Assembly: GCA_951406725.2 (NCBI GenBank)
Contig: OX597820.1
Span: 117,924,001 to 117,988,000 of the forward strand
Source: Octopus vulgaris
Taxonomy: Eukaryota
DNA length: 64,000 bases
Direction of reading: 5' to 3'
Under the pieces are notes generated by a model. It was not told the DNA's origin and ran no database searches. It saw only the letters and a program-made list of their open reading frames with translations. Position numbers and translations under genes: made by a program. How positions within the stretch are numbered: the stretch's first letter is position 1; each line of letters starts with the position of its first letter. Of the stretch, positions 40,254 through 53,041 are shown one piece after another.

Positions 40254-40848
40254 GGTGGCACCTTGGGCAATTGCCTTCTACTATAGCCTCGGGCCGACTA
40301 AAGCTTTGTGAGTGGATTTGGTAGACGGAAACTGAAAGAAGCCCGTCGTATATATATATATGTATGTATGTGTGTGTGTATGTTTGTGTGTCTGTACTTG
40401 TCCCTCCAACATCGCTTGACAACCCATGCTGGTGTTTACATCCCCGTAACTTAGCGGTTCGGCGCAGGAGTGGCTGTGTGGTAAGTAGCTTGCTAACCAA
40501 CCACATGGTTCCAGGTTCAGTCCCACTGCGTGGCACCTTGGGCAATTGTTGACCAAAGCCTTGTGAGTGGATTTGGTAGACGGAAACTGAAAGAATCCCA
40601 TCATATATATATGTATATATATATGCGTGTGTGTGTTTGTGTGTCTGTGTTTGTCCCCCTAGCATTGCTTGACAACCGATGCTGGTGTGTTTATGTCCCC
40701 GTTACTTAGCGGTTCGGCAAAAGAGACCGATAGAATAAGTACTGGGCTTACAAAAAGAATAAGTCCCGGGGTCGAATCGCTCGACTAAAGGCGGTGCTCC
40801 AGCATGGCCGCAGTCAAATGACTGAAACAAGTGAAAGAGTAAAAAGAG
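40254..40848 (+). mobile_element. Composite SINE family A: partial copy (40254-40460) fused to a second copy (40461-40848)
   Basis: Junction gcggttc|ggcgcaggagtgg. Confidence 0.85.
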
Positions 40849-41540
40849 GTGAAAATAAACGTCAAGGGGGTGGGACTACGAACTGTCAACCGCGAGGATA
40901 GAATTCGGTTTTTAATTGAAGACTAAGTATTTCTATTCTAAAGATGTCGTCAAACTTCGCCACCTTGCTCATAAAGGCGGGTACTGGCAAAACACAATTC
41001 TGTACCAGAAGATAGCAGGTGCCAAGCATGACATTTGAACTACCAAAATATATTTAAAGACAAATGCCAACATTGTACTAAAAATCCATTTACCGTTTTA
41101 TATTTAGTTCTTGAAGGAGTGACAAGCTAAATAAATTTTAGCATTATTTATTCAATTACTTAATTCATCTTGATTAAAGTGCTCCGATTAATTATTGCAG
41201 AACTAATTGAGTTGTTGCTTTAATTATGGGTGATCCAGTAAATTATAATTCTTTCCTATCCTCTTCTTCTTCTTTCCTCCCTTCCGTCTCCTCTGAAATT
41301 TTGCCGCGACCTTTGCTATTCTCTGCGTTTTCCCGTATATTATTTTTCACTGAACTCTTTATTGAGTAACAAGTTTTTTCTGCTTCAATAAGCAAGAGGA
41401 CCTTGAGGAAAAAAATGCAGCGGAAGACATACTGAAACAACATTTATGATAAAAACACATGCACACAAAACCCTCCATCGTAAAAATCGCATCCAGGAGG
41501 TGCAAAACGGTTTTGATTTACACAGAAACAAAATAAAAGT

Positions 41541-41918
41541 AATAATAAATCTCTGAATGAGATGTAAACAGTAACTGCTCGACAACGTAAAGTATACTAG
41601 CCATCTCAATATGGCTAGCCACTGGGGTGGGTATTACTGAAGCTTTTAGCCCCAGGAGATCATCGTCTCCAGCTGGCTTTAGGCACACTTTCTGTGCCCT
41701 TATGGTATTTGCAAAGGGAGGTCATCCCTCTCTCGTAAACCTAAGTGATACGCACGGACTGCAGTTTCTAGGTATTTGCCTGTCTTCGGCGTACGGCAAT
41801 CACCGGTTTTCGATGAAGGGAGACCTGTTTGCAAATATTTAATTATTGTTTTTCCAGTAACTTCCGTCACTGATTTCGAAAAACTGTCTGCAAGCAATAA
41901 TAAATCTCTGAATGAGAT
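41541..41918 (-). mobile_element. Hammerhead-bearing non-coding element family D (copy 2) with 23-bp terminal redundancy
   Basis: aataataaatctctgaatgagat at 41541-41563 and 41896-41918; homologous to 20150-20517. Confidence 0.75.
41751..41795 (-). ncRNA. Minimal hammerhead-like motif (CCGAAGA core variant), GUC site
   Basis: Minus strand: CGUACG-CCGAAGA-C-AGGC(AAAU)ACCU-A-GAA-ACUGCAGU-C-CGUGCG. Confidence 0.65.
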
Positions 41919-42325
41919 ATAGTAAAAAAATATAAAATACTTGTAAGAAAAATTAAAATATATTAAATGAAATGATTAGCAAGGTCGTGGTTTCGATTCC
42001 CGGACCGAGCGCTGCATTGTGTTCTTGAGAGCAAAACACTTAATTTTACGTTGCCCCAGTCCACTCGGCTGTAAAGGAATCACCCTGTGACAGACCAGTG
42101 TCTTGTTCAGAGAGAAAGTTTTGATCTCGGTAGCCATGGAAATCGGGTAACCGGCCAAATGAGTCTTAGAACTCTGCATTACTCAGGTGTCACTCAGTCA
42201 GCATTAAAATACCATTATGTAATTTTAAAGCGGACAGTCAAGTCACACACACACGCACACACACACACACACGCACGCACACACATACACACACTCACAC
42301 ACACGTATATACCCGTCGTATATAA

Positions 42326-42554
42326 GGCGGCGAGCTGGCAGAAACGTTAGCACGCCGGGCGAAATGCGTTGCCGTATTTCGTCTGCCGTTACGTTCCGAG
42401 TTCAAATTCCGCCGAGGTCGACTTTGCCTTTCATCCTTCCGGGGTCGATAAATTAAGTACCAGTTACGCACTGGGGTCGATGTAATCGACTTAATTCCTT
42501 TTCTGTCCTTGTTTGTCTCCTCTGTGTTTAGCCCCTTGTGGGTAGTAAAGAAAT
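42326..42554 (+). mobile_element. SINE family B monomer
   Basis: ggcggcgagctggcagaaacgttagc...gagttcaaattcc...gccccttgtgggtagtaaagaaat. Confidence 0.9.
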
Positions 42555-43258
42555 ATATATACCCATCGTAAAGCTGTACACATCCCGATGTCTGGGCGAC
42601 CATCGGTATCAGCTTATTTCTTCCACGTTTCCTCTCGATGCCAAGCCTAATATTGTGGAACATCATTGTACAAAGAAGCCATCTCAAAGTCAAAACCGAA
42701 ACAATGCAAGTCTGCGGACTGTTTTAAACTCAGTAAATTCCTGCCAAGTATTTTCTATTGTTAAACACATATATTATCTATTCTGCGAATGAACAACAAG
42801 ATGGACTTTTGTAGGATTCCTTTCAAAGATGGAAATATTAAAAATCCTGCAAGAAGCCTTATTACTTCTTATATGGTTTTCCATTTTATAACATATCACT
42901 TTGTCAGTTTGATGCATTTCCTGTTATGCAAACATGGCTAAGTCAGAATTTTCATTAAAATACTTCAAAATGTACTTAATGGAAAGTATAAAATTTGCAG
43001 AATTCAAAATTAATGTGGTGTTTCCACTTAATCTTAACGTTCTGAGCATTCATTATTGTAAATCCACTCCGCTCAAGGTTTTCTACTTTTATACAAAAGA
43101 CGTCCATAAAACCTGTCAAACTGTCTCGAATTCGTTTTGAATAACATTTTGTATATTTTCTGTGCAAAGTGGGTTTTTCTTCATTTGACCACAAGAATAA
43201 CGAATCACGCGTTTTAATATTAAAACAGGTCTGGATTAATTTCGGGATTTGAGAAATG

Positions 43259-43602
43259 AATATTAATTTACGGAGATGTACTTGCATAGCGAGTGACTTG
43301 ATCTGAGATCGTGTGCTGGAACGAAAACAATTGCAGCGTGGAAGGTGTTTATAAGCCATTTAAGAAACACACAAAATCGTTAGATTCCCTTGAACATTTA
43401 AATTTAATTTGTAAAAATATTTTCGTCGCTTTGAGACCGCGACCTGTTCGCTGAGCACGAAGTTTTGTCAGCGAACAGGTCGCGGTCTCAAAGCGACGAA
43501 AATATTTTGACAAATTAAATTTAAATGTTGAAATGAATCTAACGGTTTTTGTGTGTTTCTTAAATGGCTTATAAACACCTTCCAAGCTGCAATATTAATT
43601 TA
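43259..43602. mobile_element. Asymmetric foldback element (arms 43330-43454 / 43468-43593) bounded by aatattaattta direct repeats
   Basis: ~125-bp complementary arms plus a ~60-bp left extension; direct repeats at 43259-43270 and 43591-43602. Confidence 0.8.
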
Positions 43603-43971
43603 GCGATCAATGAAACTTTTATGAATTCTTGAAGGTACACAAATCTGTATGTTAGCTGAAGTCATCTATTTCAACCCCTGTATGTTATGCCTTAGGCGAT
43701 GGCTTCTTTTAACATTTCCAACTTTCCAATTTCTAACGGAAGAAAAAAAAAAAGGAAAAACGAAAAAAAACCCCTCAAAACTCGCTGCCACGTTTGTGTT
43801 GAGGTTTCTACCATAGCATCAATTACTTCATAATCTTTTTCCCGTGGATGTTGCAGGCGAGGATCGTGAATATATCTAACCGATGTATATATTCTTATAT
43901 AGAAAATTCAACCCTGGAAGCTTATATTTGGGTTCAGCTGTAAAATCCCCTTCCCCCAACACTTTGATGTC

Positions 43972-44266
43972 TCCAGCATATGGCGTAGTGGTTAAGAGCG
44001 CAGGCTACTAACCCCAAGATTCCGAGTTCGATTCCAGGCAGTGACCTGAATAATAATAATGATAACAACAACAACAACAACAACAACAACAATAATAATA
44101 ATAATTACAGCGAAAAATATCATAGGAATTAGAACCCAGGTTCGAAATTTCCCCAAGACACCTGATGAAGGCTGGAGGGTATATCAGCCGAAACGTTGTG
44201 TTAACAACAAACAAAATGAGGACAAATACCTGTCAAATGTAAATAATGTAAATAGTGTAAATAATG
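43972..44266 (+). mobile_element. tRNA-headed SINE-like element carrying a hammerhead motif and (tgtaaataa)n tail
   Basis: A-box tggcgtagtgg 43981-43991, B-box gttcgattcc 44026-44035, (aat/aac)n linker, hammerhead 44157-44202, short tandem tail. Confidence 0.65.
44157..44202 (+). ncRNA. Minimal hammerhead ribozyme-like motif, intact core
   Basis: GACAC-CUGAUGA-A-GGCUG(GAGGGUAUAU)CAGCC-GAA-ACGU-U-GUGUU. Confidence 0.75.
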
Positions 44267-45058
44267 AACACGACAAGAATTTAACATCTAAATTGAAGTC
44301 TTTCACACCTCGAATTGCATCATTCAGAAATTGTGTCATAAACAGAATGTGAGGAAATATTATTTTAGATCATGTTAGTTGCTCTTTGCAAGTATCGCTG
44401 TGGAGGCACATGGCCTAGAGGTTAGAGCAACGGACTCGCTCGTCGAGGGATCGTGGGTTCGAATCTCAGCCAATCTTGTGCAGCCAATTTTTCAACATTA
44501 TCTTGGAGTTTACCATCCGACATCTGGAGCTGGGATTCATGGCTTATTCAGAGGCAGAAATACAAGACCCATGACCTGTTTGTAGGGTCTCAGAGACTGG
44601 TGGAGGTGGCATAGAGAGGGGGAAAAAAAGGCTACTGCTTCTTTGGTATCATCAGAAGCCGAGATCTAGACCGAATACTTGCAACAGTGCAGACTCTACT
44701 AAAAGCGTCCGTGTCTGTTGACGTGAAAATGGGTACCAGACGAATCCTACAACCCAAGAACATGCACAGTCTATCTGGCGGGATTCAAAACAGTTTCCAT
44801 CAACACAATTTCATTCATGGGAAGAAGTGAAGCTGGGGTAGAAGACTTTGTCCATTGTTTCGTGTAAAGAGATCGAATCCGTTAACCCGCGACAGTGTAG
44901 CAAATTCTTTAATCCCGCAGCGGTATTTCCAGGCTGTTCCACTTCCGCCTTGATTTTATTTCACGCTCACCATTTTTAAATTTAACAGCAAGCTCGGCCA
45001 TTTTCGTTTCCCAGCTTTTGGAGCCTACTCTTGATAACAATTCGCAACTGTATCGCTC

Positions 45059-45340
45059 TGGAGGCACATGGCCTAGTGGTTAGAGCAACGGACTCGCGGT
45101 CGAGGGATCGTGGGTTCGAATCTCAGACCGGGCGATGTGTATCACCTAGGCTCCACGCGGCTCCGGCAGAAGGTAATGGCGAAACTTCTGCTGACTCTTT
45201 CGCCATAACTTTCTCTCACTCTTTCCTCCTGCATCTTGCAGCTCACCTGCGACGGACCGGCATCCCGTCTAGGTGGGGAACCTATATGCCAAGAAACCGG
45301 GAAACCGGCCCTTATAAGCCAGGCGTGGCTCGAGAAGGAA
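45059..45340 (+). mobile_element. SINE with family C-like tRNA head and different 3' body (head-only copy at 44401-44470)
   Basis: tggaggcacatggcctagtggttagagcaacggactcgcggtcgagggatcgtgggttcgaatctcag. Confidence 0.75.
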
Positions 45341-45877
45341 CAAACAAACAACAAACTGTATCGCTACTCATTTGATTCCGTTGCTTTACTGTGGTTAAAC
45401 TTTCTCTTTCTCTTTGAGGCGCATTTCAATCGTTTCTGGAAATCTTGTTCCTGAGAACTATTCACGATTCCGTCAGCTTGTCTCACTTTTTTTATTGCAG
45501 ACCAGCAGCTTTCTCTCTGGCAGAGTTTAATCTCTTCAAGAAAATATTACTTCTCTTTTAGTTCACAAGGTTCTAGATTATTTTGGAATAAAGGACGAAG
45601 GCTTCACAAATATAACGGCTTCGGAAGAGATAAAGATTTCAATGTTGGAAGATACAATTGCATAAGGAAAAGGACATAAATAAAGAATATCCCAAGACAA
45701 TTTGAATGGGAATCGGTTTGAATGTGTCTGGGAGAGACAAACAAATTTGTAGGTGTTTGAAAAGCTACTGTAGTAATGCTATAGCAACGGAGTAAAACGA
45801 AACCAGAATAAATATGATTGAAGAACAGGAAAAGATGAGCGAGTTATAACCGCACGGAACTGTAAAATAATTGACAA

Positions 45878-45955
<78 letters not shown>

Positions 45956-46165
45956 GCTACTACACGTGCGCACGGGCACATGCACGTACGTTAAGATTTT
46001 GTCTTGGATTACAAACAAGAATTAGAAAAAGAACCCAATACTTGAAACGAAATATAAGCATTTCTAAATTTCATAAAACTGTGAAGAAACAAGGTTTAAA
46101 TAGCTCAAGTTTCATCTCCTGTAATTGGTAAAGATGGTAGAATTTGTACAAATATATATATATTT

Positions 46166-46326
46166 GGCGCAGGAGTGGCTGTGTGGTAAGTAGCTTGCTA
46201 ACTAACCACATGGTTCCGGGTTCAGTCCACTGCGTGGCATCTTGGGCAAGTGTCTTCTACTATAGCCTCGGGCTGACCAATGCCTTGTGAGTGGGTTTGG
46301 TAGACGGAAACTGAAAGAAGCCTGTC

Positions 46327-46406
<80 letters not shown>

Positions 46407-46610
46407 TTGTGTGTCTGTGTTTGTCCCTCTAGCATTGCTTGACAACCGATGCTGGTGTGTTTATGTCCCCGTTACTTAGCGGTTCGGCAAAAGAGACCGA
46501 TAGAATATGTACTGGGCTTACAAAAGAATAAGTCCCGGGGTCGAGTTGCTCGATTAAAGGCGGTGCTCCAGCATGGCCGCAGTCAAATGACTGAAACAAG
46601 TAAAAGAGAG
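46166..46610 (+). mobile_element. SINE family A, full length
   Basis: Same consensus. Confidence 0.9.
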
Positions 46611-46889
46611 TATATTGTGTTGCTGGGTTGGAGAAAGAAGGAAAAAATGGTAAGGTAAATATATTTACGTCTAAAGACTGATTAGTTAAGAGGGTGAGAT
46701 TTTAGAAATGGTTAAAATATGGTTCCCACTGTAGGTACAAGGCCTTAAATTTCACGAAGGGGCTACGGGACTACATTGATCCCAGTGCTCAACAGATATA
46801 TATTTTATGGACGCCAAGAGGCCGACCTTCATGGAATGTGAACTCTGAACGTAAAGAGCCAGAAGAGATGCCGCTAAGTATTTTGTTGT

Positions 46890-47790
46890 TGAGAATGAAT
46901 GAAACTGAAAATAGGTGAGAAAAGAAAAGAACGCATGGACAATTTCATAGGGATGTTGAAGATAAGACAGACAGAGAAAAAAGATGGCTATGGATGACTA
47001 GAAGTGATTTAAAACCGGAAGCGGAGGCTCTAATCTGCGCTGCCCAAGAGCAATCATTAAGAACCAATTACATGAAATACAGAACAGATAACACATCAGA
47101 AAGTGATAAGTGCAGAATTTGTGGACAAAACAGTGAAGCCGTATGGAATACCACCAGTCAATGTACGCCACTAGACCAGAAAGAATATAAGAGACACCAT
47201 GACAATATAGCCAGGCTTATCCATTGGACACTTTGCAACAAGTATGGACTTGACAGAGCAAAAAATTGGTACGACCACAAACCTGAAGGCATCGTCGAAA
47301 AGAGAAATGTAAAGATTCGACAGGATTTTATGATTCAGTGCGACCGTGAGATTGAGAATAGGGAGCCAGACATAGTCTTAATTGAGAAAGAAAACAAACT
47401 ATGCTGGATCATAGACATAGCATACCCAGCTGACAACAAGGTATGTGATAAGGAAGAAAGAAAAGTTGTGAGATATGACAGGTTAGCTTGGGAAGTTAAG
47501 CAGTTGTGGTCGATGCAAAAGGTAGCAGTAGTACCAATAATTGTTGGAACCCTGAGAACAGTGAGTAAAAATCTGAAGAAGTATGTGGAACAAATAAGGG
47601 CTGCAATACGGGTGGAGCACTTGCAGAAAACAGCACTGCTTGGAACCGCTCGAATACTCTGGAAGGTGCTCGAAAAATAAGAGGTGTTACCTTAGTTCAC
47701 TGGTAGTGAACAGCTGACGCTGTAGTACATCTCCAGCGTTAGAGGCAACAACAACAACAACAACAATAATAATAATAATAATAATAATGG
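46890..47790 (+). mobile_element. 5'-truncated R4/Dong-like non-LTR retrotransposon (restriction-like endonuclease end) with (CAA)n(TAA)n tail
   Basis: ORF 46994-47680: HGQF..W upstream, then AAQEQSLRTN, degenerate CCHC CRICGQ...SQC, KRHHD, REPDIVL, IIDIA, K..RY, PIIVG, LQKTALLGTARIL. Confidence 0.9.
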
Positions 47791-48205
47791 TTTCAAATTT
47801 TGGCACAAAGCCAGCAAGTCCGGGGTAGGTGGGGTGAGTCAACTACATCAATAGTAACAGTTACAAATGTTGCCTCCATTATTTGACTGGTACTTATCTT
47901 ATCGACCTCGAAAGGATGAAAGGCAAAGTCGACCTCGGCGGAATTTGAACTCAGAACGTAACGGCAGACGAAATACCTATTTCTTTACTACCCACAAGGG
48001 GCTAAACACAGAGGGGACAAACAAAGACAGACAAACGGATTAAGTCGATTATATTGACCCCAGTGCGTAACTGGTACTTATTTAATCGACCCCGAAAGGA
48101 TGAAAGGCAAAGTCGACCTCGGCGGAATTTGAACTCAGAACGTAACGGCAGACGAAATACGGCCAAGCATTTCGACCGGCGTGCTAACGTTTCTGCCAGC
48201 TCGCC
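47788..48205 (-). mobile_element. SINE family B with internal head-to-tail repeat
   Basis: Two copies of aaggatgaaaggcaaagtcgacctcggcggaatttgaactcagaacgtaacggcagacgaaatac. Confidence 0.9.
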
Positions 48206-49626
48206 TCCCTGGAACCTGATTGTTTAAAATACAAAGAAAAGAAAACGGTTGGTTTGAAAGGATACAAAAGGTTTGTAAGCTGGGAAGAGGTTAGAATTCA
48301 ATAATGCCGAAAAGCGGATTACTGTCGTTAAGAATAAACTCGAGGAAATAAATACGGAATAAAAGAAAATGTTGTTGTTGCTGTTGTTGTTGTTGTTGTC
48401 GGAGATCAACTTGTAAACAAGAAGTGTAAAAGGTGCTTAAAAGAGGTTAAGTTTAGCGTCGAAGGGGAAGTGTTGGCTTTCATCAGTCTGTCCTTCGACT
48501 CTATTGATCTCTCTCGTTGTCACTCTATCCATTTATCGATCTATTCATTCAACCATTCACTATAATATCGATATATCGAACAGCACACTCTTCACATTCG
48601 ATTGTTTGTTTGTCTACTTTTGTGCCCGCGGACATGTGTGTATATATGTGTGTGTGTATGTATGTATGTATGTGCGTATGTCTGTGTGTGTGAGTATGTA
48701 TGTGTGTATGTATGTATGTGAGTATGTATGTGTGTATGTATGTGTGCATGTGAGTATGCATGTATGTATGTATGTATGTGTGTATGTATGTATCTATGTG
48801 TGTATGTGTGTATGTATGCATGTATGTATTTGTGTATGTATGTATGTATGTATGTATGTGTGTATGTATGTGTTTATGTATGTGTGTATGTATGTATACA
48901 TGAATATATGTACATGTCTGTATGTGTGTGTGTATGTATGTATCTATGAATGCATATATATATATATATATATATTTGTGTGTGGGTATGTGTATATGTG
49001 TGTTTCTTTGTGTGTGTATTTGCTTCTCCACCTAAGCACTTGTAAACATTCAGTTTAATGTTGCTATGACCGTTGTTGTTGCTGCTGGTGTTATTGTTGT
49101 TGTTGTTGTTGTTGTTGTTGAAGACATTGTTCTTGGATGAGGAATATGCTTGCAAGTCTTGGATAGTGTTGGAAAGTCTATAGGAGACAGTAGAGGACAT
49201 GTGAGATACTCGACCATTTCTTTACGAAATGTCTGTGCAGTCTCTTGTATATTTGCAGGTAAGACAAAATCTGTGATAGAGGTGCTCCAGAAAGTCAACA
49301 TCCTGAGGCCGTACGCCATCTTGTAGTACTTCCTGGTGAGGTGGGTTGAAATTATCAGTCACAGGCCAGACTGTATCTCAAACTCTACGGATATCACGGA
49401 ATTGCAGATGTTTATTCAATGATATATTGCTCTCACTGTATGATAGCATTTGTTACCCGATACCTGTGGATGAGCTTTGTGAAGCAGGCTACAAGGTTTA
49501 TACCTATGTTGAATTTATATATGCATAATATTAACCACAAGAATTACATACGTACACTAACACACACACACATACACACCCACACACGTACGCACAAACA
49601 CACCTATGACCCATGAGGTATACATA

Positions 49627-49668
<42 letters not shown>

Positions 49669-49973
49669 TTTTCTCGTTAGATTGCGTGTTCGTTTCTCTA
49701 TTTGTCATCTGTGATCTTATTTTTAATCTTCTATATAAAAGAAGATATTTCCTCCGTCTGGTTGCTTTTCCCTCTACAAAACGGAAAGTTACATTGCAGA
49801 ACAGTCATTTTAACGGGTTGTATTTATTTATCACCCGACGAGATACAACTGCACCACCGGATACTCCTGAACCAGTTGTTGTTGAGAGGAATCGATGCTA
49901 GATATGTCGAAACAATTGTCGTAATTAATAATACATTCTCGTATATCCATATTCTGCCTTTCATTTGATATGC

Positions 49974-50006
<33 letters not shown>

Positions 50007-51699
50007 TGTATGTATGTATGTATGTATGTATGTATGTATCTAGCTGTACATACGAATATATAATTTATATGAATCACAAAAGAGTTCTCAATTCAGATAT
50101 AGAGTGAAATACTCTTGTTGGTATTGCCTTCGTTCAGAGTAGAAGAAAGTGCCAATGGGGTGGATTTGTTTAAGGTGGGCCTCATCATGCCAGGTGGCAA
50201 CCCACACACTTGACCTCATGATCTTCCTCTGCGGCACAAATGGAATGGGACAAACGAGATCCCGTCGACTGTCGGGTAACACTTTTGAGGAGCTGTTTGT
50301 GTAGTATGTCCGTCATGCGTCGTCGCCCTCTTCAGCCGATGGTTCAGGCGCTCAGATCTGTTGTAGCTATCATCCGCTTGTTCCACTGTTGGGGGGTCTT
50401 TGGAGGTTGGAAGCAATTAATCTGAGTTCTCGTCATCGACCTGGCTACAAAGGGTGGCCCTGCCAGAAATTTAGAACTCCTGATGGTATCGATCTTAGAG
50501 TCATTTGTCCGTGCAAGCTCTCCTTGAGTATAAATGTGTGTGTGTGTGTATATGTCTGTATAATATATAAACTATAAATATATATGTATATATACATATG
50601 CATGCGCGCGCGTGTGTGTTTGTGCGCGTGCGTGCAATTCATTTTCAGTATTTGAGGATTTAATCAAAATCCTTTGTCACGTGGGGCAATTACTTTGTTT
50701 GTGCATTTGTTATTGTTGTTGTTGCTGTTGTTAAATCAGATATACGGAAATAGTTTGGTGCTACTAAATTTCGGCGAGGACGGCCAAAAAAGCAATCGAG
50801 CGTCGAGAGAAGTGATTTCACAATGGCAATGGCGAAAGTATCCAGAGTGAGTCTTCACTGTCTTCGTTCTGCCTCGTCCTCTGACAGAACTTGCCAAGAT
50901 CTTGACATTTTTACAAGAGCTATTTAGAAATCTTGTCCAGAAAGTAATAAAACTCACGGGCCCGGCAAATGAAAATTTTAATGGACTAGAATAAATTGGG
51001 AAGAAGAAGAGAGGGAAGAAGAGAGGGAAGAAGAAGGGAAAATAGTAGTAGAAGAAGAAGAGGTAGAAGAAGAAGAAGACGAAGAAGAAGAAGAAGAAAG
51101 AGAAGAAGAAGAAGAAAGAGAAGAAGAAGAAGAAGGAGGAGGAGAAGGAGAAGGAGAAGGAGGAGAAAAAAAAGAAGAAGAAAGAGAAGAAGAAGAAGAA
51201 GGAGAAGAAGAAGAAGGAGACGAAGAAGAAGGAGAAGAAGAAGAAGAAGATGAAAATGAAAAAGAAGAAAAGAAAGGAGGCGACGATAAAAGAGTGACGA
51301 GGAGGTGAAGGAGTTGGAGAAGAAAAAGAAGGGAAAGAAAAAGAAGCAGAAGCAGAAAAGGAAGGAGAAAAAGAAAAGGAAGAAGAAAAAGAAGGAGTGG
51401 AAGCACAGAAGAAAAGAATAAGAAAAGAAGAAAGAAAGAAAGGAAGGAAGAAGACGACATGGAAGAAAAAGAAGGAAGGGAATGAAATGATGTGAATGGT
51501 CGTTGATGTTGATGATGATGATGATGATGACGATGGCGATAATGGAGGTGGTGTGAGTTAGTGACATTGATGATGATGATGATGATGGTGATGATGATTG
51601 TGGTGGTGGTGGTGATGATGATGACATGTTGATAGAGGTAATGGCGGTGTCGAAGGTCTGCAACCGTTGTTAATGGGGTTGTCCTTGGTGGTAATGATT

Positions 51700-51756
<57 letters not shown>

Positions 51757-51974
51757 GTGTTGTTGTTAGTGGTGGTGATGGTGATGGTGATGGAGATGAT
51801 GATGATTATGATGATGATGATAATAACAACTATGTCATCCTTTTACTTGTTTCAGGCGTTTGATTGTGGCCATACTGGGGCAGCACCTAGAAGAGACCGA
51901 ACGCAGAAATCGTTTTAGGTCCGGTACTGATTCTATTGGTTCCTTTTGGCGAACCGCTAGGTTGTCAAGCGGCA

Positions 51975-52067
<93 letters not shown>

Positions 52068-52450
52068 AGACAGTCTTCAGCACAGTTTCCGCTTACAAAA
52101 TTCCTTTGCAAGGCATTGGCCGTCACAAAGCTATAGACGAAATACTTGCCTAAGGTTGTGTGCTTTGGGAAGGAACCGGAAACCGCGTGGTTGCGAAGCG
52201 AATTCCTTAATCAACTGCGTAGCACTGTTATAGTAATATTAACGGTTTCTAATTATGGCACAAGGCCAGCAATTTTAATTGGAGACCGGTGGTGGTGGTG
52301 GTGGTGGTGGTGGGAGAGGTGTAGTCGATTACTTCGACCCTCCCCCCACTGTTCAGCTGCTACTTATTTTATCGATTCCCGGAAAGATGAACGGTAAAGT
52401 CCACCTTGGTGGCTTTTTCAAACAAGAACGAAATAACTCAGAACGAAATA

Positions 52451-52619
52451 GGCGCAGGAGTGGCTGTGTGGTAAGTAGCTTGCTAACCAACCACATGGTT
52501 CCGGGTTCAGTCCCACTGCGTGGCATCTTGGGCAAGTGTCTTCTACTACAGCCCCGGGCCGACCAATGCCTTGTGAGTGGATTTGGTAGACGGAAACTGA
52601 AAGAAGCCTGTCGTATATA

Positions 52620-52652
<33 letters not shown>

Positions 52653-52873
52653 TTGTGTGTCTGTGTTTGTCCCCCTCACATTGCTTGACAACCGATGCTG
52701 GTGTGTTTACGTTCCCGTCACTTAGCGGTTCGGCAAAAGAGACCGATAGAATAAGTACTAGGCTTACAAAGAATAAGTCCCGGGGTCGATTCGTTCGACT
52801 AAAGGCGGTGCTCCAGCATGGCCGCAGTCAACTGACTGGAACAAGTAAAAGAGTAAAAGAGTAAAAGAGTAAG
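52451..52873 (+). mobile_element. SINE family A, full length
   Basis: Same consensus. Confidence 0.9.
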
Positions 52874-53041
52874 AGTAACTCGGAAGAAAAGCTGCTGAGG
52901 ATTTCGTCCGGCGCGCCAGTGATTCTTTCAAGCAACAACAACAACAACAACAACAGCTGCTGCAGCTGCTGCTGCTGCTGATGATGATGATGCTGTAAAC
53001 TGTGTTCAAGAAGAGTGAGGAGGAGAAAATTGGTAAGATTA

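Noticed and set aside
41104-41207. ttagttct/agaactaa and ggagt/gctcc stems resembling a hammerhead scaffold
   Set aside because: Both core boxes are too degenerate
43981-44050. tRNA gene call for this and other A/B-box heads (e.g. 37270-37348, 45059-45130)
   Set aside because: Acceptor and anticodon stems do not pair properly and the heads are attached to repeat bodies, so they are treated as SINE heads
49070-50420. Fragments at 49070-49330 and 50088-50416 as LINE tail or LTR-retrotransposon remnants
   Set aside because: No diagnostic motif is strong enough to assign without a database search
50740-50847. Possible exon (cag|ATA...AGA|gtgagt; IYGNSLVLLNFGEDGQKSNRASREVISQWQWRKYP)
   Set aside because: Weak polypyrimidine tract, no recognisable protein, no partner exons
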